Of a stretch of DNA of 45,973 bases, positions 1 through 8,866 are shown piece by piece. The first letter of the stretch is position 1. Each line of letters begins with the position of its first letter. Origin of the DNA: a virus (Duplodnaviria > Caudoviricetes). The DNA lies in the IMG/VR virus record IMGVR_UViG_3300037755_000222, positions 1 through 45,973 of that record; one strand, 5' to 3'. The position numbers were made by a program, and so were the translations under genes. The notes beneath the pieces are model-generated. The model had not been told where the DNA came from. It saw nothing but the letters and a program-made list of their open reading frames with translations, and made no database searches.

Positions 1-25
1 AGTACGGTCGTGTCAATTACGGGGC
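1..25. repeat. 25-bp terminal direct repeat (circular assembly overlap), left copy
   Basis: AGTACGGTCGTGTCAATTACGGGGC at 1-25 is identical to 45949-45973. Confidence 0.97.
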
Positions 26-368
26 GCTCGACAACAAGGCCACCGAGATCGGCACGGGCACCGGCAAGGGCGTCGATACCGGGTTGCGGTTTCACGGGGT
101 TCCCATCCTGTGGAATCCGGAGTTCGACAACCTGACCGCCGCGGACGGCGCCGCCACGCAACCGGCATGGCGTCGTCGCTGCTACTTCATCAACACCAAG
201 CGGCTCATGCTGCGCCCGCTCGACGGACAGGACATGATCACCCGCAAACCGCCGCGCGCGTATGACAAGTACGAGTATTACTTCGGCCTGACATGGCGCG
301 GTTCGCTCGTCACGGATCGTCGCAGCGCGCACGCGGTATTGGCTGTGGACAAGGATATCGCTGCGTAA
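1..368 (+). CDS. Major capsid protein, C-terminal part (continues from 45210 across the circular junction; 368 aa in total)
   Basis: The frame starting at nt 3 (YGRVNYGALDNK...FHGVPILWNPEFD...RCYFINTKRL) is contiguous with the ORF from 45210. Position follows portal and scaffold. Confidence 0.9.
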   Translation, partial: YGRVNYGALDNKATEIGTGTGKGVDTGLRFHGVPILWNPEFDNLTAADGAATQPAWRRRCYFINTKRLMLRPLDGQDMITRKPPRAYDKYEYYFGLTWRGSLVTDRRSAHAVLAVDKDIAA

Positions 369-471
369 CACGAGTCCCAACTTTCGAGGATTGTTGCCCC
401 GTGATCCGAGAAAGTGCGCCGCCGCTAACGGGGTTTTTCTTTCACTGGCGCTGAACAAAGGAGACTTTGAC

Positions 472-969
472 ATGGGTAAATCTGCAACCATCATCACCAA
501 AGAAGTCGTTGTCATGATGAAGCGTGACATCACCACGCACATCCCGTTAACCATGCCGCTGTTCGAGAAGCTGGTCATGGAGGAAGCCAACCCCAAGGCG
601 GAAATCGTGATCGTGAAGGTCAACGGCAATATGGAATACAACATCGCCGCGGAACTGCTACGCATGGACGAAAAGTACGGGGCTGACCCGGAAACCAAAA
701 TCCGCTATGTCGAGACCATCTTCGGCAACCGCGGACGCGATCTCAAATCCGTGACCAAAGACCTCGAAGGCGAACTCGAACTGGAAGGGGCCGATACCGA
801 GACCAAGGCACCGACAGGCGATCTGGAAAAACTGGGCGTGGCGCAGCTTCGCAAGAAGCTGGATCAAGTCGGAATCGACTATGCGCCCACGGCCACCAAG
901 AAACGCCTCATCTCCCTGCTGAAATCGGTGGACGAGGAAGCCGAAGAAACGGAAGTTGCCACCGAGTAA
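472..969 (+). CDS. Hypothetical virion-module protein with C-terminal HeH/LEM-like motif (165 aa)
   Basis: AAGGAG RBS before ATG 472; C-terminal LGVAQLRKKLDQVGIDYAPTATKKRLISLL resembles HeH/LEM. Confidence 0.7.
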   Translation: MGKSATIITKEVVVMMKRDITTHIPLTMPLFEKLVMEEANPKAEIVIVKVNGNMEYNIAAELLRMDEKYGADPETKIRYVETIFGNRGRDLKSVTKDLEGELELEGADTETKAPTGDLEKLGVAQLRKKLDQVGIDYAPTATKKRLISLLKSVDEEAEETEVATE

Positions 970-973
970 TTAA

Positions 974-1657
974 ATGCCCGCGCCGGTTTACATGACACGG
1001 GGCGAGATCAAGCAGCGATGCTTGAATCGCCTCGGTTTCGGCGGGCTGGGTCCGGCGGCAGGAAAGTTTGCGCCTTATCTGGACGATATGCTGGATGAGG
1101 CGCAGGAGCAGATTTACGAAATGCTCCCGGACGTGAAGCGCAAGACCAAGTTCGAGTTCAATACCTCCATCGTTCCCACTCCGGAGACGTGGTATGACAT
1201 CCCGGCTAACCTGAATCCGGAACACATCGACGAGGTGAATGTCTTTGTGCCGAACCTGTGGATTCCGGTCGAGCAGGGGATTTCCCAGTACCACGATTCT
1301 CTTACGGAAATCCAGACCTACCCGCGCAAGTACGATCTCCGGTACAACCCAGATACCTCCAAGGCGCAGATCGAAATCTGGCCGCAACCGGACGCGGTGT
1401 ATCCCATGAGCATCGAAGGGCAACTCATCCTCACGCCGTTCGTAGCCGACGCGGACAAGTCCTCGATGGATCATCGTCTGATTATTCTGTATTGCATTGC
1501 GATGGGTAAGGCCCATCTCGGAAAATCTGACGCGAAAGTGGCGATGGACGCCTTCACCCTGAGAATGAATTTGATCCGCGGCAACCAGCACGGGAACAAC
1601 CGTTATATTCGTGGTCAGCGAGTACGCGAACCCGATCCGAAACCGAGAGTCGTGTAA
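974..1657 (+). CDS. Head-tail adaptor / tail tubular protein A-like
   Basis: 227 aa downstream of the capsid; helical N-terminus (LDDMLDEAQEQIYE) and IEIWPQPDAVY motif typical of podovirus adaptors. Confidence 0.7.
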   Translation: MPAPVYMTRGEIKQRCLNRLGFGGLGPAAGKFAPYLDDMLDEAQEQIYEMLPDVKRKTKFEFNTSIVPTPETWYDIPANLNPEHIDEVNVFVPNLWIPVEQGISQYHDSLTEIQTYPRKYDLRYNPDTSKAQIEIWPQPDAVYPMSIEGQLILTPFVADADKSSMDHRLIILYCIAMGKAHLGKSDAKVAMDAFTLRMNLIRGNQHGNNRYIRGQRVREPDPKPRVV

Positions 1658-1669
1658 GAGGAGCGAAGC

Positions 1670-2170
1670 ATGGATACAAATCTATATTACTGGAACCCCA
1701 CCGGCGGACCGAGTGGAACCGGCGCGTGGGAGAAAATGCAAGGCATCGCCGGTTCGGCGCGGGTGCAAGTGGCTGGCGAAGGCCCCGCCGCGCAAGCGCG
1801 CAACCGCGCGCTGTCCAACGTCACCTCGCGGCAAAAAGTTGAATGGCCCGCCGGAAGCAACATTACCTATCTCACTGTGCTGGCGATGCTGGAAGAAGGC
1901 ACCACATTGGTAGCGGGCGCGGAAAAGGATGTCTATGCCGTGTTGTCATTGGACGCGGAGAACGACACCGAAGCCGATGGCAATCTCGGCACGACCAGCA
2001 ACCCGCCTTCCTCGGCCACCGCCGACGCGCAGTTTATTCCCATCCCGCTGGGAGAGTTCGTCAAGATTCCGCTGACCGATGCACTGATCAACGGCACCTC
2101 CGGCGGCGGTCGGGTGGACGTGCGCTCGGTGGATGGCACCGCACTGAATATCTGGATTGGAGCCAACTGA
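1670..2170 (+). CDS. Hypothetical virion-module protein
   Basis: GAGGAG RBS; 166 aa; lies within the structural operon. Confidence 0.65.
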   Translation: MDTNLYYWNPTGGPSGTGAWEKMQGIAGSARVQVAGEGPAAQARNRALSNVTSRQKVEWPAGSNITYLTVLAMLEEGTTLVAGAEKDVYAVLSLDAENDTEADGNLGTTSNPPSSATADAQFIPIPLGEFVKIPLTDALINGTSGGGRVDVRSVDGTALNIWIGAN

Positions 2171-2171
2171 C

Positions 2172-2873
2172 ATGCAAACTATTAAACCTAATTCAGCGGT
2201 AGACGATCTGGCGCTGACCGCCGCGAACTTTCCCGCCTGTGTGCTAGCGTTACGCCCCGAGTCGGTGCTGTCCGGCACGCAATGTCAAGACATCATCGGC
2301 GGCGTGAGCCTCAACAAGTCCGGCGGCGGATTCGTCAACAACAGCAACGGCACCTTCACCGGCGGCACCGGGGCGGTGACAAGCCTGACCGGTACGCTGC
2401 CCTCGCCGCTGGCGACCGGCAAGAATCCGATGCTGATCATTATCGGCACGTTGGCCGATGCCGGAGTAGTTAACTTCGGAAGTAGTGTGGGCTATGGAAT
2501 AAAAACAGCGGGTGGGCAACCCATCACGCGCACGCCAGCAAACACCCATACTGGCCCTAACTTGACGATAGCGGGCATTTCGTCCGGGGGTTTGCTGCTG
2601 GCGCTTAATTGCGCCGCCAATACCGGGGCGGTACACGCCTACAGCGGCAGCACCTACGAAACAGCCGCCACGACGGTCGCTATCGGTACATTGGCCGGCA
2701 CATGGGACGCCTTGACACAGGATGCGTCTTTGATCGACGCTGGGCCATACTACGGTATTTACATACTGCACTGGACGACCATTCCCTCGGCGGACGAATG
2801 CAAGCGCGCCATCGCGTGGATGGTCGCCAACCCGACACTGGGGCTGCCTCCGGAGTGGTATCTGCGTACATGA
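2172..2873 (+). CDS. Gly/Thr-rich beta-sheet virion accessory protein (233 aa)
   Basis: ATG 2172 directly after the previous stop; G/T/A-rich composition. Confidence 0.6.
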   Translation: MQTIKPNSAVDDLALTAANFPACVLALRPESVLSGTQCQDIIGGVSLNKSGGGFVNNSNGTFTGGTGAVTSLTGTLPSPLATGKNPMLIIIGTLADAGVVNFGSSVGYGIKTAGGQPITRTPANTHTGPNLTIAGISSGGLLLALNCAANTGAVHAYSGSTYETAATTVAIGTLAGTWDALTQDASLIDAGPYYGIYILHWTTIPSADECKRAIAWMVANPTLGLPPEWYLRT

Positions 2874-4138
2874 TTATCAATCCCAAGAAAATACTGGTGT
2901 GTTATAACACCGCTGCCGGAATAAGCGCCCAAGCGCGTGCTGACTCGCAGGAGGCGGCGGAGTATTACGCCACGATGCGAAACTTGGACCCGGTGCATGT
3001 GCAGGGTTTTGATTTTGGCTCTGTGGATACCATCGCGGCACCAACCGGGCGTGATGCGTTTCGCGCGGGTGCGCTGGCGGCTATTGACGCATACATAACC
3101 GCCAACGCTATCGAGGGTGTGTTATTGAGCATCAACTGCCCCAGCGGCTACGGCACGGGGGCGGCGGAGACATACCCGAACAAAGCATTGTGCCGGGTCG
3201 TAGGAGACTCGACCCGCATTCTCGCGGGAGCGGCCACACAGGGGCCATTATGTGGCTTGCCGAACTATGCCACTGAAACCTACGGTCCCGGTGAGGATGC
3301 TACAAAAGAGCCGTGGTATCGGGTCCGGCTGCGTGTGGCGAACAATGCAACGCCTCCATTTTGTTACGACATTCGCAACGCCGCTAATAATACAATTTGG
3401 GGCGCACCGCATTACAAACAGACACCCTGCGGGCGACTCGGCTATCACTCCGGCTTTAGTGACAGTCTAAGCATCGCCAAACGCTGCGTGGACGACGCAG
3501 TATGGTTCGAGCAAAACGGCAACCCCGCCAATGAGCCATTCCTGTTTGGGTTCTCCACGCGCACCACGGACGGATTTTTGGGGCAGGGCCATATATGGGA
3601 TGCCTATCGACAGTTGCATGCACACGTTGGCGCGGTGCACACCTACGATGGAAACTGGAACAACACCGCCAGCCGTAAATATGCTGCCAATGATTGGTCA
3701 TGGGAGCAACCGGAAATCACCATTCCCGATCAGGCTACGTGGTTAATGGGAGGTGGCCCTAACATAGAACTGTGGGGATGGCTCGGCACTGGATTCGAAA
3801 ATAACGGAAGCGCCTATCTGTCGTCGGTGACGTTCAAGCGTGGTGCGTTCATGTTTGAAAGCACCTCTGCAAAAGTTTCGCACCATTCGCTCCCAAACGG
3901 GGCCTGCGCGTGCATCATTCCCTACACGGAACCGACTACCGCCGGTTTGCCTGAGATTGGCGGATTGGTGTATTTCATGCTGCGTGGGTTCTCCCTCGAA
4001 GAAGCCACCATCGCGACCATGATTTATAGCGGCAACAGCGAAATGGCGGAGGTTTGGGGCGATCCGTATTATTCCCCGCTAAACAAAATCCGCTACAGCA
4101 AGACCGGCGGGATATCTGTGGGCGGGAATGGAGTATGA
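2870..4138 (+). CDS. TIGR03790-like protein (422 aa)
   Basis: ATGA overlap with the previous gene; N-terminal ILVCYN...SQEAAEYYATMRNL and C-terminal YTEP...GFSLEEA...VWGDPYYSPL match my recollection of the family's termini. Confidence 0.6.
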   Translation: MIINPKKILVCYNTAAGISAQARADSQEAAEYYATMRNLDPVHVQGFDFGSVDTIAAPTGRDAFRAGALAAIDAYITANAIEGVLLSINCPSGYGTGAAETYPNKALCRVVGDSTRILAGAATQGPLCGLPNYATETYGPGEDATKEPWYRVRLRVANNATPPFCYDIRNAANNTIWGAPHYKQTPCGRLGYHSGFSDSLSIAKRCVDDAVWFEQNGNPANEPFLFGFSTRTTDGFLGQGHIWDAYRQLHAHVGAVHTYDGNWNNTASRKYAANDWSWEQPEITIPDQATWLMGGGPNIELWGWLGTGFENNGSAYLSSVTFKRGAFMFESTSAKVSHHSLPNGACACIIPYTEPTTAGLPEIGGLVYFMLRGFSLEEATIATMIYSGNSEMAEVWGDPYYSPLNKIRYSKTGGISVGGNGV

Positions 4139-4156
4139 CCGTTAATTAGAAAGAAA

Positions 4157-5755
4157 ATGTCATCCATTACTTATGACAAATTTGAGGTCGGTCTTGATCG
4201 GCGCAAGAATATCACCGTGGCTGATGCCAATCGGCTTTATCAACTGAAAAACGCCTATGTCACCAATGGCAAGGTGATTCGCAAACGACCGGGACTGGTG
4301 CTTGATAACACACTCGAAGGCGGGACTATAGGACTTGTCTCGGGAAATGGGTTCCTCAATACCTTCTACGAAAGCGGATCGATTACCCATGCGAATCCGA
4401 AATATAAAGCCAACAAGATTCCGCACCCGACACTCTCGCAAGCGATCCAGCGCATTCATTTCGGAGATATTTTTTCCGGATACATCTATGTGGTGGCGGA
4501 ATATGCCGATGGTAGTATCAGTCATCACTATCTCGACGATCCCGGCGCATGGGCCGCGGCCACCGCTTATGCGGTTGGCACTTTTCGTCGCCCCATTGCA
4601 AGTAATGGATTTCGCTATGAGGTGACAGCCGTTGCCGGCACCGGCACCTCGGCCGGCGTAGAACCTGTCTGGCCGACAGTGGTGGGGGCCACGGTTATCG
4701 ATAATCCGGGGGCCAATCAAATCACGTGGACGTGCCGCAGTTACGCCATCACGGATTCCAACTGCCCGAACACCAAGGCCGTCATCAAGATGGCGGAGCG
4801 CATATGGGCCGTGGCTCCGGATACCGTGCGTTTCACGAAAATCTCAACACCGCGCGACTGGACTACCGTGAGCGAGGCCGGTTTCATTGCCACGGGGTTG
4901 CGTGCACGCGGGTCAGTGGAACCCAAGGCACTCGGGCAGTATCAGGAACGGCTTGCCGTATTCATGGAGGACGGAACGCAGGTCTGGAACGCATCCAGTG
5001 TTTACAACGAAATCACTTATTTCAAACCAGTCGATGGCGTGGGTTGCAAGCATCACCGAGTCCCGCGTCAGGTCAGCGGCGACATCATGTTTCTTGCGCG
5101 TTCCGGTTTTCGTTCGATCACGCAACAGACGCTCAACGACAATTTGAATGAGATCGATGTGGGTAGCCCTATTGATTCAGTCGTCAAGATATATCTGACT
5201 GATGATATGGTGCCGATTTCCGAGTATTTTACGGGGAAAGGGCAATTCTGGTGCGCCATCCCGGATGCAACGATAGGTTCACGCGCGTTTGTTTATACCT
5301 TTTCCAAGACAGCAAAAATCTCTGCATGGTCTATGTACGAATTTGGTTTTCTGATCGATGACATGGTTTCGCATAATGCAAGCCTGTATCTCCGTTCAGA
5401 AAATTATGTTTATCAAGTTGATGAAGCTGATTCTGTTTTTACGGATAATTTCTCGACATATGAAATGCGTATCGAGTTCCCGTTTCTCAATTTCAAGAAA
5501 CCGGGATCGACCAAATACATATCCGGGATGGATGTGGTGGTTGAGGGAACAGTGGATGTTTCTTTTCGGTACGATCCGAATGACCTAGATGCCGTCACCG
5601 ATCCGATCACGGTGACAGGAGACGGACACTCGAAGCAGACGGTTCCGATAGAGATGACAGTGCCATCCCTTGCGCCGATTTTCACCTCTGTTTCGGACAA
5701 GGCGGTGCAACTGGATTCTTTCACGTTTCACTATGACGAATTGGGGGTTGTGTGA
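4157..5755 (+). CDS. Tail nozzle / tail tubular protein B (P22 gp10-like) with an inserted WAAATAYAVG module
   Basis: 532 aa beta-rich protein; LKNAYVTNGKVIRKRPGL N-terminus and AWSMYEF motif; located before the GNAT and ejection genes. Confidence 0.75.
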   Translation: MSSITYDKFEVGLDRRKNITVADANRLYQLKNAYVTNGKVIRKRPGLVLDNTLEGGTIGLVSGNGFLNTFYESGSITHANPKYKANKIPHPTLSQAIQRIHFGDIFSGYIYVVAEYADGSISHHYLDDPGAWAAATAYAVGTFRRPIASNGFRYEVTAVAGTGTSAGVEPVWPTVVGATVIDNPGANQITWTCRSYAITDSNCPNTKAVIKMAERIWAVAPDTVRFTKISTPRDWTTVSEAGFIATGLRARGSVEPKALGQYQERLAVFMEDGTQVWNASSVYNEITYFKPVDGVGCKHHRVPRQVSGDIMFLARSGFRSITQQTLNDNLNEIDVGSPIDSVVKIYLTDDMVPISEYFTGKGQFWCAIPDATIGSRAFVYTFSKTAKISAWSMYEFGFLIDDMVSHNASLYLRSENYVYQVDEADSVFTDNFSTYEMRIEFPFLNFKKPGSTKYISGMDVVVEGTVDVSFRYDPNDLDAVTDPITVTGDGHSKQTVPIEMTVPSLAPIFTSVSDKAVQLDSFTFHYDELGVV

Positions 5756-6219
5756 TCGTCAAGGCCGAAATGGAGCATCTGGTGTACGTGGCCTCGCACA
5801 TGCAGGCTATCGAGAAAACCAGTTGCTCCGCGCTGATGTGGGGCGGGTTCGATCCCGAGAAGCTGGCGCGGAAACTGATGCGTACCGATATCCGGTACTG
5901 CTGCCTTGACCAGAACCACGCGCCGGCCGTGGTCGGTGGCGTGGACTTCATCACGCCGGCCGTGGGTCAGGCGTGGATGTTCGGGACCGATGATTTCCCC
6001 AAGGTGGTCCGGGAAGTGACCAAGGCCACGCGCCAATTACTGGATACTCTGCTGGCGAACCAGCTTCTCCGGATCGAGATACGGTCTATCGAGACGCACC
6101 GTGTCGCGCACCAGTGGTACAAGCGATTTTTGGGCTTTATCGAGGAGCCGGCTATGCTAAGATCGTATGGCGTCGGCGGGGAAAATTTTCTACTCTTTTC
6201 AAGAATCCGAGGAGGCTGA
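5752..6219 (+). CDS. GNAT-fold virion assembly protein (T7 gp13 / P22 gp14-like position)
   Basis: 155 aa; VGQAWMFGTD and HRVAHQWYKRFLGF motifs; sits between nozzle and ejection genes. Confidence 0.7.
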   Translation: MIVKAEMEHLVYVASHMQAIEKTSCSALMWGGFDPEKLARKLMRTDIRYCCLDQNHAPAVVGGVDFITPAVGQAWMFGTDDFPKVVREVTKATRQLLDTLLANQLLRIEIRSIETHRVAHQWYKRFLGFIEEPAMLRSYGVGGENFLLFSRIRGG

Positions 6220-6220
6220 C

Positions 6221-7027
6221 GTGTGCGGAGGCGGAGGCGGAGGTGACGGCGGCGCAGCGGAGCGGGAAGCGGAACGCGAACGCAAGAATCAGGCATCCAT
6301 CGCGTCGATCAATTCCATTTTTGGAATTGATGATCCTGCTATTTATGGAAAGCCCGGAACCCTTGAAGAAATAAAGGCGCGTGAAATTGAGGGAAATCGT
6401 CGTGCCGAGGAAGGCAACTCGAAGCTAAGGCTTTTTTACAAGGCAGGAGGACTTAACTTAGGAAGTCAGCGCCGCAATCGTGCGTTGCTGGACAAGGCCA
6501 GCATTAACAAACAAGCACGCGAAGAACTATATGGAACTTCGCGGCAAGACATCATCAATTATTTCCAGAATCAGCTTCAAGAACAACAGACCCGCGAGGA
6601 ACGTCTGGCGCGTGAACTGTTCGCACAACGTGGATGGACCGGGGGAGGTCATGAGATCAGTTACGGACAAGATTTCGAGAAGGCCGGTCAGAATGCCTTG
6701 TTTGATATCGGAACGCGCGCTGATGCGGCGGTATCCGATATTACGGCATCCGATGAACGCGCGCGGCAAAACCTGATCAGTCAGATACTTTCCGGCATGG
6801 ACGAACAGTCCGCTATTACCGGGGCCACTAGCGCGCTCAGGCAGAACGTCGATACCGCGAAGTCCTCGGCCTTGCAGCAGAGCCTCGGTGACGTGTTCGG
6901 TGACGTGGCGAATCTTTATAACCTACGTACTGTCGCAGACACCAGAAACCAGCAACGCAATCAATTTCAGAATGCGGTCAGGGCGCTCGGTCTCGATCCG
7001 AAGTCTTATGCCGGTACGATTACGTGA
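6221..7027 (+). CDS. Internal virion / DNA ejection protein 1 (268 aa)
   Basis: GGAGG RBS then GTG; MCGGGGGG N-terminus; helical and Q/A-rich. Confidence 0.7.
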   Translation: MCGGGGGGDGGAAEREAERERKNQASIASINSIFGIDDPAIYGKPGTLEEIKAREIEGNRRAEEGNSKLRLFYKAGGLNLGSQRRNRALLDKASINKQAREELYGTSRQDIINYFQNQLQEQQTREERLARELFAQRGWTGGGHEISYGQDFEKAGQNALFDIGTRADAAVSDITASDERARQNLISQILSGMDEQSAITGATSALRQNVDTAKSSALQQSLGDVFGDVANLYNLRTVADTRNQQRNQFQNAVRALGLDPKSYAGTIT

Positions 7028-7035
7028 GGTGATTT

Positions 7036-7776
7036 ATGCCTATTCCGATTGGTACTGCGCTTCTCATGTTGGCCCTTGGAAAAGGGTTGGAATACAACGC
7101 GCAACGTCGAGCCGCCAAAAAAACCCGCTCCGCCATCAATACCGCCGAACAGCGGCAGGATCAGATTCAGGATCAGCGCCGGGAACTCGTGTTGCGGAAT
7201 CTGGAACAGTACGATCCGATGACACGCGCACAAGAACAGGAACGGGTATCCGCCGAATCTGCCGAGGGGTTGCAGGACATCGTGACGAGTGCCGGCGACA
7301 CCGGGAAGATTCAGGAAACCGGCGGTCGCGTGTCGCAAGACTACACCACCGGACGTGCCAAGGCGGTTACAGGCAATATGAAGCGCGCGGCGATCATGGC
7401 CTCACTCATGGGCAAGATGCGAGCGCCGTCCGATTTGCGTTTCGAGGAAGCCATGAAAGGCGGACAGTTTGCCACGCGCCAAGGCGAACTTGCCGGGATC
7501 GCCCGCGGTCGTGCCGTGACGGATGAGGCCAGAATTCGCGGAGCCTCGCAACTCGATCCGCGCGTCATGTTGCTGGGAAATCTCCTCAGTACCGCTGGCC
7601 TGTACGGTGCCGCCGGATCGATCATGAATCCGGGAACGGCGGGGGCCGGTACTACCTCTGCACCCGGCAACATCGGCAGCGAAGGATTGAACTGGCTGGA
7701 TTATGACGTGTCCGGGCATAACGTGTTTTCACCCACTCCCAAACCAACGCCGCGCTTTCCGCTCGGTCCGAGGTGA
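7036..7776 (+). CDS. Internal virion / ejection protein 2
   Basis: Hydrophobic N-terminus, coiled-coil, Gly-rich hydrophobic C-terminal segment; GAGG RBS. Confidence 0.65.
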   Translation: MPIPIGTALLMLALGKGLEYNAQRRAAKKTRSAINTAEQRQDQIQDQRRELVLRNLEQYDPMTRAQEQERVSAESAEGLQDIVTSAGDTGKIQETGGRVSQDYTTGRAKAVTGNMKRAAIMASLMGKMRAPSDLRFEEAMKGGQFATRQGELAGIARGRAVTDEARIRGASQLDPRVMLLGNLLSTAGLYGAAGSIMNPGTAGAGTTSAPGNIGSEGLNWLDYDVSGHNVFSPTPKPTPRFPLGPR

Positions 7777-7779
7777 TTC

Positions 7780-8865
7780 ATGAGAGGTTACTGGAATCCG
7801 AAACTCGGAGAAGGCAGTAATAAGCTGCTGGGTGCTTTCATGGGAAAAGACATGCTGGCGGCACAGGCCGGCGATGAATACGGGGACAAGTATGCCTCGC
7901 AACTTTCCAATCTGGCGACCGCCAAGAAGCATTCTCTGGAAGCCGGTCAGTTGGAAGATGCCGCCAAGATCACGCCGGATGAGTTCGCCTTGGCGCAGGG
8001 AGTCCCGCAAGACGTGTTGACGGCTTATCGCGGCGGTCAGCCGGTGGATCAATCGTGGAAGGAAATCTTGCAGCGCGTGGACACGGTACACATGAGCCGG
8101 CGTATGGGCGGCGGCAACGTGCAGCAGATTCTTTCCGCCTTGCAGACCGGGCAGCAGATCGCCCCGGTGGATTCCGTCTCGACCGGGAAACGCACCCCAG
8201 AGAGCGCCGCTGTTCTCGAACTGTTGTCGGCGCAGAAACCGTTGTACTCGCAGAACGAGGGACAGGTATTGAACGAGGCGACCGGCGTGGCTCGTGACAC
8301 GCCGCTTTCGCGCGCCAAGATCGCCAAGCTGGAAGGCGAAGGTCCGGAGACCAAAGGCACGCCGGGATATCAGTTCGATTCGATCCTCGGCAAAGGCTCG
8401 TGGAAAAAGTTGACTCCGGACGCGCAGGCCGTGGTGTTTCAAGCCATGAAAGCCGGGTTTGGCCCGGATCAACTGGTCGAGACCATGCGAAGCCATTACG
8501 CACAGCCGTCGATCAACGAAGTCCTGCGCCTATGGTCGGCCAACCCGATGAGCGCGGCGGAACTGATGCGGAACAGCCGCAATCCTTCCACGGGCCAGTT
8601 CGATACCAGCCGGTTTCAGGCGGCGATTCAACAGATGCTCATGGCCGCACGCGGGGCCGCGCAGGGAGCCATCGATACGCCACGCGCTCCCGCGGCTCCC
8701 GGAACCGTACCGGACGCGCTCACGCCGCAGGACATCATGGGCGCAATGGGGGGTGGTGGAACCGCGCCGGACAACCTGATCCTCGGGAATCAGCCGAAGG
8801 TTGGAATGCCGGGAGGCGTCACCCATCGATATGTTCCGGGTCGCGGTATCGTGCCGGTGCGATGA
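7780..8865 (+). CDS. Internal virion / ejection protein 3
   Basis: 361 aa, A/Q/G-rich; immediately precedes the giant ejection gene. Confidence 0.65.
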   Translation: MRGYWNPKLGEGSNKLLGAFMGKDMLAAQAGDEYGDKYASQLSNLATAKKHSLEAGQLEDAAKITPDEFALAQGVPQDVLTAYRGGQPVDQSWKEILQRVDTVHMSRRMGGGNVQQILSALQTGQQIAPVDSVSTGKRTPESAAVLELLSAQKPLYSQNEGQVLNEATGVARDTPLSRAKIAKLEGEGPETKGTPGYQFDSILGKGSWKKLTPDAQAVVFQAMKAGFGPDQLVETMRSHYAQPSINEVLRLWSANPMSAAELMRNSRNPSTGQFDTSRFQAAIQQMLMAARGAAQGAIDTPRAPAAPGTVPDALTPQDIMGAMGGGGTAPDNLILGNQPKVGMPGGVTHRYVPGRGIVPVR

Positions 8866-8866
8866 C

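Noticed and set aside
1-25. Biological terminal repeat or att site
   Set aside because: Falls in the middle of the capsid gene; best explained as assembler overlap
397-442. Terminator or attenuator after the capsid gene (CCCCGT...ACGGGG followed by a T-tract)
   Set aside because: Loop is too long for a confident call; likely an ordinary weak terminator
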